Source of the DNA: Nitrospinales bacterium
GTDB lineage: Bacteria > Nitrospinota > Nitrospinia > Nitrospinales > JAJDAT01
Direction: 5' to 3'
DNA: 19,807 bases
Assembly (NCBI GenBank): GCA_046757665.1
Contig: JBHHYO010000052.1
Span: 1 to 19,807 of the forward strand
Part shown: positions 7,335 to 15,415 of the stretch, piece after piece
Layout of the letters: each line of letters opens with the position of its first letter
How positions within the stretch are numbered: the first letter of the stretch is position 1
Notes under the pieces: model-generated
Seen by the model: the letters and a program-made list of their open reading frames with translations, nothing else
Databases searched by the model: none
Told to the model about the DNA's origin: nothing
Position numbers and translations under genes: made by a program

Positions 7335-8417
7335 TTATGGTTGGCGGTGCGTGAGGCGCCGGACGATTTTTGCGTTGGCCGCCGGGAAGGGGAACGAGGG
7401 AAGTTGCCGCGCCTCCACCCACTTCCATTGTTCGCAACAGGTGGCGCGGATGCGCCCGGAGGGCAAGCGGCACCGGTAAACATACAGGGTAACGCGGAAC
7501 TGTGTGTAACTGTGCTTGATGGTCATCAGCTTTTCCCGCACCAGAATATCGACTCCCAGTTCCTCGCGGATTTCGCGGCGCAGGCAAGCGTCTGGGGACT
7601 CGTTGTTTTTTCGCTTGCCGCCGGGGAACTCCCACAGCCCGCCCATCAGGCCGTTGAGCGGTCTTTGCTGGATGAAAATTTTTCCGCCGCGCCGGATGAC
7701 AGCGGCGCTGACCTCGATTTTTTTCACCGCCTGCGTGGTTTTCCGCGGTGGAAAGCGGTGTTGCAGGTTTTGCATGTGCGCCTGGCACAGGCCCCGTAAC
7801 GGGCATGACGGGCAATCCGGATTTCTTGGGCCGCAAACCGTCGCTCCCAATTCCATCAGCGCCTGGTTGAAGTCGCCGGCGCTTCGTTTCGGCAGTAACC
7901 GTTCGGCGGTTTGCCAGAGCCGGTTTTGCGAGGCCGCCGACGCGCCGTTTTCCGGCAGGCAAAACAGCCGCGCCAGAACTCGCTTGACGTTGCCGTCGAG
8001 AACCGGAACCGCTTTTTGGAACGCGATGCTGAGGATGGCTCCGGCGGTGTAGCGTCCGACCCCCGGCAGTCCGGTGATGGCCTCCAGCGTATCCGGCACC
8101 TTGCCGCGAAATTGCTCCACCACGATTCGCGCCGCCCGGTGCAGGTTGCGCGCCCGCGAGTAATAGCCCAGGCCCTCCCAGTGCTTGAGCGCCCGGCTCT
8201 CCGGCGCGCGCGCCAGGGCTTGCACGTTGGGGAACGATTCAATCCAGCGCCGGTAATAAGGCGTCACCGTCTTGACTTGCGTTTGCTGGAGCATGATTTC
8301 CGAAACCCAGATCAGGTAGGGGTCTTGCGTGCGCCGCCAGGGAAGGTCGCGCCGGTTTTTCCGGAACCATTTGAGAAGGGCGGTGCGGATTGTTTTGCAA
8401 TGCTTGTCCGAGGGCAT
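7335..8417 (-). CDS. mutY: A/G-specific adenine glycosylase MutY with full Nudix (MutT-like) C-terminal domain
   Basis: RDLPWR, WVSEIMLQQTQV, WEGLGYYSRARNLH, HhH LPGVGRYTA, DGNVKRV, Fe-S motif CX6CX2CX5C; Nudix box in the C-terminus. Confidence 0.97.
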   Translation of the reverse strand: MPSDKHCKTIRTALLKWFRKNRRDLPWRRTQDPYLIWVSEIMLQQTQVKTVTPYYRRWIESFPNVQALARAPESRALKHWEGLGYYSRARNLHRAARIVVEQFRGKVPDTLEAITGLPGVGRYTAGAILSIAFQKAVPVLDGNVKRVLARLFCLPENGASAASQNRLWQTAERLLPKRSAGDFNQALMELGATVCGPRNPDCPSCPLRGLCQAHMQNLQHRFPPRKTTQAVKKIEVSAAVIRRGGKIFIQQRPLNGLMGGLWEFPGGKRKNNESPDACLRREIREELGVDILVREKLMTIKHSYTQFRVTLYVYRCRLPSGRIRATCCEQWKWVEARQLPSFPFPAANAKIVRRLTHRQP

Positions 8418-8459
8418 GTTGAAAACAGCTTCCTCTTCTTAGGGGAGGTGAAGCGCCTT

Positions 8460-9116
8460 CTAAACGCCAATGGTGTTTTTGTCCCAGATGAATTTGTGCA
8501 ACTGGGTTTGCAACCTCACCGGCAGGCCGTCACGCAGAATCCACTCGGCCAGGGTTTTGAGGCTGAGTTTGTCGAAAACCGGCGAAAACAGGATGCTTGC
8601 TTTTTGGTCGATGGCATGGCGGCGGATGGTGTCCCGGCTCCATTCGTAATCGGCGCGGTCGAGGATGACGAACTTGACTTCGTCGTTCGGTCCCAGGTCG
8701 TTCAAGTTATCGTAATGGTTTTTATCCATCTCGCCACTGCCGGGGCATTTCAGGTCCATGATTTTGATGACTTGGGCCGGCACGTCCCGGATGGGCAGGG
8801 AGCCGCCGGTTTCCAGCATGACCGTGCAACCCTTCCGCAACAGGGAATCCATCAGGTCGTAAACTTCCCTTTGCAGGAGCGGCTCGCCGCCGGTGATTTC
8901 CACCAGTTGGGTTTGATGCGCTTCCACCTCCGCGACGATTTCCTCGATGGACATGTCCCGGCCCCGGTAAAAGGCGTACGCCGTGTCGCAGTAGCCGCAA
9001 CGCAGGTTACAGCCGGTCAGGCGCACAAACACGCAGGGCAGGCCCATGTAGGAGGACTCGCCCTGAATGCTCTTGAAAATTTCGTTAATTTTTAACACGG
9101 TCTTTGTCGGGTTCAT
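8460..9116 (-). CDS. queE: 7-carboxy-7-deazaguanine synthase (radical SAM)
   Basis: EIFKSIQGE, FVRLTGCNLRCGYCDT, ITGGEPLLQ, ETGG, DLKCPGSG, QTQLHKFIW; ATG 9116 overlaps the upstream stop (ATGA). Confidence 0.92.
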   Translation of the reverse strand: MNPTKTVLKINEIFKSIQGESSYMGLPCVFVRLTGCNLRCGYCDTAYAFYRGRDMSIEEIVAEVEAHQTQLVEITGGEPLLQREVYDLMDSLLRKGCTVMLETGGSLPIRDVPAQVIKIMDLKCPGSGEMDKNHYDNLNDLGPNDEVKFVILDRADYEWSRDTIRRHAIDQKASILFSPVFDKLSLKTLAEWILRDGLPVRLQTQLHKFIWDKNTIGV

Positions 9117-10546
9117 CCCATCCGCATACGGCTGGTGAGGATTTTCGTTCCCATGCGCGCCTTGGCGGTGAAGTCGGCCCAGGAGCGGACCTTGAATACC
9201 TGTTTCATCAAATAAGTCGGACTGCGGTAAAACCGGGCGTGGCATTCGTCCTGCAACTGGCGCAGTTCCTCGTCGGAGAAATCCTTGTTGAAGAAGTGGA
9301 TTTTAAACTCCGATGTAGGGTTCTCGGCGAAGGTTTGCCAATAGTCGTTGGGCAGGATGCCTTCCTGAAGCATCCGGAAATACAGTTCGGTTTTGGGGTA
9401 GGGGGTGCAGATGGAAAACTGCGCGTAATCCGGTTTCAGGCGTTTGACGAAATCGACGGTGGCGAACATTTCCTCGCGCGTTTCGTGGGGGATGCCGATC
9501 ATGCAGTAACCGAAGAAGCCGATGCCGGCGTCGCGGGTCATCCTGCAGGCGCGCAGGACTTTTTCCGGCGTCTGCCCCTTTTCCAGGTATTTGAGGTGCC
9601 GCGGCGTGGCCGATTCGATGCCGTAATGAATGCGGTAACAACCGGAACGTTTCAGCGCTGTCAGCAGTTCCGGATTGACGGTGTCCACTCGGGCGGAAAT
9701 TTTGTAATGAATTTTCAATCCGCGCTTGACGATCAGGTTACAGGTTTCGATGAGGTTCTTTTTGTTGATGGTGATGGTGTCGTCGACGAAGAACAAATCG
9801 TCCACCTCCATGTCCACCAGTTGCTCGATTTCGCTGACGACGTTTTCCGGCGTGCGCTCGCGGAATTTGGTCTTGCGGATATCGCAGAAGGTGCAAGCGG
9901 CCGGGCAACCCCTGGTCGCCTGCATGGTGAAGAACTGCCGGCCCTCGCCGATGATGTGTTCGTAGCGCGAGACGTCCACCAGGTGGCGCGCCGGGAAGGG
10001 CAGGGCGTTGAGGTCCACCAGCTCGGTGGCGGCGGGGTTGACGTGGGAGAGGCCGTCGCGTTTCCAGCCCAGGCCGGGGATGCCGGCCAGGGTGTCCGAT
10101 TCGGCTCCCTCCGCGTCCAGCGTCGTCACCAGCTTCGTGAAAATGGGTTCGCCCTCGCCGAAAACGACGTAATCGATTTCCGGCTGGTCGAGGGTTTCTT
10201 TCGGATAGAGGTTGACATGCGGGCCGCCCATGCAGATTTTCAGACTGCCGTTTTCCCGTTTCAACCGCCGGGCGGCATGAAGCGCGTCGAGCAGATTGAA
10301 CGTCATGATGCTCATGGCCACCATGTCCGGTTTGATTTCCCGGAACTTGCGGACCATTTCCTCTTCCGAGTATTTTTCCGGCGGGCAGTCGATAAAAACC
10401 GGTGTGTCGCCGGTGGCCCGTTCATAATGGGCGGCGACGTACATCAACCCCAGCTTGGGGTAATACCCCTTGCCCCCCTCCAGCATTTTCGGCACCGAGG
10501 ATTCGATGGTTACGGTTTCCGGTGGAACTAAAAATAAAATTTTCAT
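9113..10546 (-). CDS. Cobalamin-binding radical SAM enzyme (class B methyltransferase-like)
   Basis: N-terminal B12-binding domain (PKLGLMYVAA, GGPHV, GEGE), LPFPAR, TRGCPAACTFC, FFVDDT, GIES, TPYPKT. Confidence 0.92.
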   Translation of the reverse strand: MKILFLVPPETVTIESSVPKMLEGGKGYYPKLGLMYVAAHYERATGDTPVFIDCPPEKYSEEEMVRKFREIKPDMVAMSIMTFNLLDALHAARRLKRENGSLKICMGGPHVNLYPKETLDQPEIDYVVFGEGEPIFTKLVTTLDAEGAESDTLAGIPGLGWKRDGLSHVNPAATELVDLNALPFPARHLVDVSRYEHIIGEGRQFFTMQATRGCPAACTFCDIRKTKFRERTPENVVSEIEQLVDMEVDDLFFVDDTITINKKNLIETCNLIVKRGLKIHYKISARVDTVNPELLTALKRSGCYRIHYGIESATPRHLKYLEKGQTPEKVLRACRMTRDAGIGFFGYCMIGIPHETREEMFATVDFVKRLKPDYAQFSICTPYPKTELYFRMLQEGILPNDYWQTFAENPTSEFKIHFFNKDFSDEELRQLQDECHARFYRSPTYLMKQVFKVRSWADFTAKARMGTKILTSRMRMG

Positions 10547-10626
10547 ATGATGCGTAACTATTATGAGATCGGTATCAGATAACTCTTCATCCTACCATGC
10601 CGGGCCAGGGGCCTGCTGAAATAAAA

Positions 10627-11598
10627 ATGAAGCCTATCGTTTGCGTCACCAACACATTTCCGGAAGCCGGCCTGGCGGTTCTTCATCCGCATTGCGAGCT
10701 GAGGGCGAACCGTTCCGGGAAACGCCCGACGCCGGAGGACCTCGTGGAAATGGTCTCCGCGAGCGATGGCATAATAACTTACCTTTCGGATAAAATCGAC
10801 GCCAACATCATCGACCGGGGCCGGCATTTGAAGGTGATCGCCAATTATGCCGCCGGTTACAACAACATCGATATTGCGTACGCCGGGCAAAAGGGGGTTT
10901 GGGTCACCAACACGCCGGGCGTACTGCACGAAACCACCGCCGACCTGGCCTGGGCCCTGATTCTGGCGTCGGCGCGGCAAATCGTGCCCGCCGACCGGTT
11001 CACCCGCCAGGGGCGGTTCGACGGCTGGGCGGCGAAATTGTTCCTCGGACGCGACGTGCACGGCAAGACCCTGGGCATCGTCGGTTGCGGCGAAATCGGC
11101 AAGGCCGTCGCCCGGCGCGCCAGGGGATTCCACATGCGGGTTCTCTATTACCAGAGAACCCCTCTGTCGAAAGACGAGGAGTCCGCCCTGCAAGCCGTTT
11201 ATACGCCGTTTGAGGAACTCATTACGAATGCCGATTTCATCACGTTGCACCTGCCCTTGAACCGGGACAGCGAGTATTTGATCGGCCGCGGCGAGTTGGC
11301 GATGATGAAAAACACCGCGTTTCTCATCAACACCGCGCGCGGCAAGGTGGTGGACGACCGGGCGCTGGTGGAGGCGTTGCGGACGGGCAAGATCGCCGGC
11401 GCCGCCTTGGACGTTTATGAAAATGAACCGGCGTTGACCGAGGGCATGATGGAACTGGACAACCTGGTTTTGTTGCCGCACATCGGTAGCGCCAGCGTGG
11501 AGACCCGCGACCGCATGGCGGCGCTGGCCGCCGAAAATGTTCTCGACGTCCTTTCCGGGAAAAAACCCCGGAGCGCCGTGAACTCCGTCAAGAGGTGA
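10627..11598 (+). CDS. D-glycerate dehydrogenase / glyoxylate reductase (D-2-hydroxyacid dehydrogenase)
   Basis: AAGYNNID, TNTPGVLHETTADLA, GKTLGIVGCGEIG, INTARG, AALDVYENEP, LPHIGSAS; ATG 10627 preferred. Confidence 0.93.
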   Translation: MKPIVCVTNTFPEAGLAVLHPHCELRANRSGKRPTPEDLVEMVSASDGIITYLSDKIDANIIDRGRHLKVIANYAAGYNNIDIAYAGQKGVWVTNTPGVLHETTADLAWALILASARQIVPADRFTRQGRFDGWAAKLFLGRDVHGKTLGIVGCGEIGKAVARRARGFHMRVLYYQRTPLSKDEESALQAVYTPFEELITNADFITLHLPLNRDSEYLIGRGELAMMKNTAFLINTARGKVVDDRALVEALRTGKIAGAALDVYENEPALTEGMMELDNLVLLPHIGSASVETRDRMAALAAENVLDVLSGKKPRSAVNSVKR

Positions 11599-11605
11599 TG
11601 GCGGG

Positions 11606-12178
11606 TCACGGTTGCGCGGTTTCGTCCGGACTCTGCGCGCCGGCCTTTTTCACAGCCTGTCCGTACACCCCGGCGATGATCTCGTCGATGATTTCCGAAC
11701 CGAGGATGTTGTAAACGGTGTTGGCCGACTTGAAGTGAGGGCTGGTGAACAGGCTTTTGACTTTTTTGCTGGTGTACCCGAGCATCATGAATTCATGGGC
11801 ATAGTTTTCCGCCACCAGCCGCAGGGTGGAGTCGTCGGCGTCTTCGTCGCCGGTGGGCGGGCCGGCGTCGGGATTGACGTCATCCTTGATTTCGTAAACA
11901 TAGATCAAGTGCCAGCCGAATTCCGTTTTAACCGGCATCGTCACCTCGCCTTCCTTGGCGGAGAAGGCGGCGACTTCAAACGGGCGCACCATGGCGCCCT
12001 TGCCGAACCAGCCCAGGTCGCCGCCGCGCTTTTTCGAGGGACATTCGCTGTACTGCTGGGCCAGCTCCGAAAAATCCTCCCCGGCGTCGAGCCGTTCTTT
12101 CAATTCCTGGGCCAGCTCCTTGGTGGAAACGAGAATATGTCTTGCTTGAATTTTTTTGATCTTTCTTTCCGCGGTCAT
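11606..12178 (-). CDS. Parvulin-type peptidyl-prolyl isomerase (PpiC-like) fused to a C-terminal domain of unknown function
   Basis: ARHILV...FSELAQQYSECPSKKRGGDLGWF...MVRPFE...PVKTEFGWHLI, then an acidic linker and about 70 extra aa; no signal peptide. Confidence 0.92.
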   Translation of the reverse strand: MTAERKIKKIQARHILVSTKELAQELKERLDAGEDFSELAQQYSECPSKKRGGDLGWFGKGAMVRPFEVAAFSAKEGEVTMPVKTEFGWHLIYVYEIKDDVNPDAGPPTGDEDADDSTLRLVAENYAHEFMMLGYTSKKVKSLFTSPHFKSANTVYNILGSEIIDEIIAGVYGQAVKKAGAQSPDETAQP

Positions 12179-12227
12179 GGTGGTATCCGTTGTAAAAATT
12201 ATGTGGTGTCCGGTTGGCTAAAACCGG

Positions 12228-13022
12228 TCAGTTTAAATTCTCCCTGGCTCCGCAACAACGCTTGAACTTTTTTCCGGAACCGCAGGGGCACGGCTCGTTT
12301 CGATGTATGTCCAAATGCCGGATGGCGGTTTTGGGCGATTGTTTCAACAAGTCTTCGCCGATGGCCTTGCTCTCCTTGTAGTGTTCCTTCAAAAGGTTCG
12401 ACAAGTTGGGGACACAGGTGTTGAGAGCGATAACCAGGGCGCTGTGTTCGGGAGACAGTTTTGCGTCCGTCTCTTCCCGGGTTTTCTCGTCAAAGGAGTA
12501 CGAGTACGTAAAAATCCGGGACTGTTTATCATTGTCCCATTCCAGTTTGAAAAAAGCCAGTTGAACGTCGCGGTTATCGTTCCGCGGGTCCATGTCATAC
12601 GAATCCTCGGCGAAGTACTTCACCTTGTTCAACGTAAACTCCAGCGAGTTCTTCATCTTGGGAAACATTTCCAGATAGTTCACATAGCGGCCCGGTTCGA
12701 AGACCAGGTAGGAGCCGGGATTCTTTTCTCCATAGGCCTTGGCTTCCATGTAACGCTGTTTGAAGAGGATCAGCATCTCGTCCGGCAGGGTTTTGGTGAA
12801 CCGTTTGATGATATCGGTCTGCGTCCTGGTCATCTTCGGCTGATCGGGAAGAGAGCTGTGGGTCTTGTTGAAATGAAGCAGAAACGATATTCGGTTGTCC
12901 TCGTTGTCCCGGTCCCGGAAGGAGAGGGTCACATGCTTGCAATCGCAAAACGGATTGGTGCAATAGTAATCGTCGAGGAGGTAGATGGTGCGGTAATCTT
13001 CTTCCTCAAACCGGAAGCTCAT
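12228..13022 (-). CDS. SEC-C metal-binding motif protein with N-terminal CxxPxCxC motif
   Basis: C-terminal RNEPCPCGSGKKFKRCC; N-terminal YCTNPFCDC. The true start may lie upstream (see findings). Confidence 0.88.
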   Translation of the reverse strand: MSFRFEEEDYRTIYLLDDYYCTNPFCDCKHVTLSFRDRDNEDNRISFLLHFNKTHSSLPDQPKMTRTQTDIIKRFTKTLPDEMLILFKQRYMEAKAYGEKNPGSYLVFEPGRYVNYLEMFPKMKNSLEFTLNKVKYFAEDSYDMDPRNDNRDVQLAFFKLEWDNDKQSRIFTYSYSFDEKTREETDAKLSPEHSALVIALNTCVPNLSNLLKEHYKESKAIGEDLLKQSPKTAIRHLDIHRNEPCPCGSGKKFKRCCGARENLN

Positions 13023-13112
13023 GGCCGAATTGAGGCTCTCCTGAGGGTTGATTTTGCGGTACGATTCGATGGTGATGTCTCCTGATAAAGTTCGATTGCC
13101 GGTTACGTTTTC

Positions 13113-13544
13113 TTATTTCAGGTCTCGCACGGCGCGCACGGTGTCCTTGGTGATGCCTTCTTTATGGGACAGGTTGGAGTGTCCGTAGCGATAATAAAAC
13201 ACGTGCGCCGTACCGAAGGGCATTTCATCCGAAGTCCAGGTGGTGAACCCTCCTCCGGGGGCGAAGCAGGGGTCGATGAAGATTTCAAACCGGTCAACGT
13301 CCCGGATGTGGTGGTTTTCGTCGTAGAGGCTTTCGGCCTCCTCGAGCGTCGGCAGACGCCAGTCCGCGTATCCCAGGACCTTGTTGATGTTCAGTTGGAC
13401 AACGTAGTCCCGGGCGTCGAACCAGTTCATGAATTTGCCTTCGTCCTGGAGAGCGTCGGTTTGCTTCCACATGAGATTTCTTTCCGTATCGGTGACGGTG
13501 CCGTCGCCGTTGTCGGTGAATCTTTTGGTTTCGCGTGTTTTCAT
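13113..13544 (-). CDS. DUF1566 (Lcl C-terminal / C-type-lectin-fold) domain protein
   Basis: RFTDNGDGTVTD...LMWK, GYADWRLPTLEE, WTS, VRAVR; start overlaps the upstream stop (ATGA). Confidence 0.88.
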   Translation of the reverse strand: MKTRETKRFTDNGDGTVTDTERNLMWKQTDALQDEGKFMNWFDARDYVVQLNINKVLGYADWRLPTLEEAESLYDENHHIRDVDRFEIFIDPCFAPGGGFTTWTSDEMPFGTAHVFYYRYGHSNLSHKEGITKDTVRAVRDLK

Positions 13545-14428
13545 TGCCCGGCCTCCGGTTTTTTAAAGAGTCGCACGGGCCGCACGCCGTGGCTTCGCAA
13601 GCCCCGCTTGTGCCATTTGTAATCGCCGTTGTAGTAAAAAAATCGCATGGCCAGGGCCGGGTCGTGTTTGTTCACGGTTCGGGTCCAGGTGGTGGCGCCG
13701 GCGCCCGCGGGAAAGACCTTCGGCAGGTAAACGGTGTCTCCATAGACGTCGGTGGCGGGATTGCCGGGATCAAAAATCGTCATGGCTTCCTTGCGTGTCG
13801 GCATTTGCCAATCGGTGTACCTGGCGAACTTGTTTTCGCGGGTGACGCGAATATACGTCTCGGCTTCGTCCCAGTTGACCCACTTGTCCAGGTCCAGATA
13901 GGAGTCGGTTTTTTTCCACATGAGCCCGGTTTGCATGTCGCTGATGGTGCCGTCGCCGTTGTCGATGAACCGCGCCGTTTCCTGTTCGTGGCCCGGTTTC
14001 CGGTTCGCCGGCTGTGCCGTTTCGGCGGCAAGGGTTCTGACCAGGCGCACACTGCTGGGGAAGCCGTCGTTTTCCTTGGCCAGCCAGAATTCATAATCGG
14101 CGCGGTAATCATAGCCCATGGCCTGCTTCGCGGCGCGGGTTTCGCTGGTCCAGGTGGTGTAGCCGCCGCCCGGCGTAAAAACCGGGTCGATGTGAATTTC
14201 GCATCCGTCCTTGTCGGTGTTGATTTTGTCCTCTTCAAACAGGGAGCGGGCGTCTTTTGCCGTGGGAATCCGCCAGTCGTCGTACCTGGCGAATTTCGCC
14301 TTGTTCTTTTCCTCGGCGAACTCGCGGCTTTCATGCCAGGTGATCAAGCGTCCCAGTTGCGTCCAGGAATCCTCTTTCATCCACATGAGGCCGTTCTCCC
14401 GGTCGATGACCGTGCCGTCGCCGTTGTC
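13498..14428. repeat. Three exact 17-bp copies encoding the DNGDGT motif of DUF1566 domains
   Basis: GTGCCGTCGCCGTTGTC at 13498-13514, 13947-13963 and 14412-14428. Confidence 0.85.
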
Positions 14429-14461
14429 CGTAAACCGGGATTGGTCGATTTTGGTATCCAT
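13541..14461 (-). CDS. Tandem double DUF1566 domain protein
   Basis: Two copies of RF.DNGDGT..D...GLMW.K...YxDWxxPT...TTWT...VRxVR; likely start ATG 14461, since the ORF-track extension overlaps the upstream gene. Confidence 0.88.
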   Translation of the reverse strand: MDTKIDQSRFTDNGDGTVIDRENGLMWMKEDSWTQLGRLITWHESREFAEEKNKAKFARYDDWRIPTAKDARSLFEEDKINTDKDGCEIHIDPVFTPGGGYTTWTSETRAAKQAMGYDYRADYEFWLAKENDGFPSSVRLVRTLAAETAQPANRKPGHEQETARFIDNGDGTISDMQTGLMWKKTDSYLDLDKWVNWDEAETYIRVTRENKFARYTDWQMPTRKEAMTIFDPGNPATDVYGDTVYLPKVFPAGAGATTWTRTVNKHDPALAMRFFYYNGDYKWHKRGLRSHGVRPVRLFKKPEAGQ

Positions 14462-14489
14462 CAAATAAAAACCGAAAAAGTAAAACAGG

Positions 14490-14969
14490 TTATATGTTCT
14501 TGTCCATACTCCGAACCAGGCGGGTGGATCCCCGGGAGGACCGGTAAATATCATCGAACATGGCGCCGCCTTTTCTGTAGCCAAACCTTACGGCCTGGAT
14601 TTTGTTTCTCACCTCGCTGGTCCAGCACAGGAAACCGCATCCCCGGGGGAACACGGGATGGAGCCGGACCTGCTGTCCGGCATAATCCTTGTTCTCCCGG
14701 TTTTTTTCATAGAGGCTTTTGGTCTCCGCCGGTGTCGGTAGCCGCCAGTTGGCGTAACCGGCGAACTTTTTCCGGTTCAGCTCCTGGGCGTAGTCCCGGG
14801 ATTGCACCCAGTTCATCCATTTGCCCGTCATCTGCCAGGTGTCCTTTTTCAGCCAAATCAACCGGTTCCTGGAATCGAAGACGGTTTCGTCTCCGCAATC
14901 GAAGAACCTTTCGGGCGTTTCCGGAGGGCGCTCCGCCGTTTCCCTGGACTCTTGGTCGTTCATGGACAC
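14490..14969 (-). CDS. DUF1566 domain protein
   Basis: RFFDCGDETVFD...LIWLK, FAGYANWRLPT, CWTSE, TRLVR; start GTG 14969 or ATG 14963. Confidence 0.85.
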   Translation of the reverse strand: MSMNDQESRETAERPPETPERFFDCGDETVFDSRNRLIWLKKDTWQMTGKWMNWVQSRDYAQELNRKKFAGYANWRLPTPAETKSLYEKNRENKDYAGQQVRLHPVFPRGCGFLCWTSEVRNKIQAVRFGYRKGGAMFDDIYRSSRGSTRLVRSMDKNI

Positions 14970-15078
14970 AACCGGTTTTCCCGAACGGGTTTAAAGGGCT
15001 TGATTATTAGATTAGCGGAACTTGGTTTTCAGATTCAATAATAAAATTGCAATACCGGCAAAGACAAGGCCGTTGCCG

Positions 15079-15393
15079 TTATTTTTTCAGAAACCGTTCG
15101 AGCTGGGCGCCCAGGAAACCCGCGATGGCGGCGCCCGACCCGGCGGACATGATAATTATGTCCCGGTCACCGGTGGAATAGCCCAGCGCGGCGCCCAGCA
15201 GAACGCCGAGACAGATGATCGACAGGTACCGCCATCCGCCCAGCCAGCCGACGAGCCATCCGAGGATCGCCCCGAACCCGCCGGCCAGGCCCATGAGAAG
15301 GTAGCTGTGCAGGACCAGCCCGATCAGCATCCCGGTGCCGCCCATCAGCGCTATGCCGAAGATTATGTTGCGATAATTTTTTGCCACGGCCAT
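15079..15393 (-). CDS. Small glycine-rich membrane protein of unknown function
   Basis: 104 aa, about four hydrophobic segments with repeated GxxxG patterns; starts 22 nt after the pntB stop. Confidence 0.8.
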   Translation of the reverse strand: MAVAKNYRNIIFGIALMGGTGMLIGLVLHSYLLMGLAGGFGAILGWLVGWLGGWRYLSIICLGVLLGAALGYSTGDRDIIIMSAGSGAAIAGFLGAQLERFLKK

Positions 15394-15415
15394 CGGCCCG
15401 GTATGGAAGGCGAAG

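Noticed and set aside
7911..10531. Long plus-strand ORFs (394 and 475 aa)
   Set aside because: Antisense shadows of mutY, queE and the radical SAM gene caused by GC-rich codon bias; no motifs.
10547..10626. Cobalamin or preQ1 riboswitch upstream of the radical SAM-queE operon
   Set aside because: Only 80 nt of divergent intergenic space and no recognisable riboswitch core.
13498..14428. CRISPR-like interpretation of the 17-bp repeats
   Set aside because: Spaced about 450 bp apart and explained by the coded DNGDGT motif.
13113..14969. Diversity-generating retroelement
   Set aside because: No reverse transcriptase and no TR/VR pair differing at adenines seen in the window; a remote cassette cannot be excluded.
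13535..15010. 491-aa plus-strand ORF
   Set aside because: Antisense to clear DUF1566 genes; no recognisable features.
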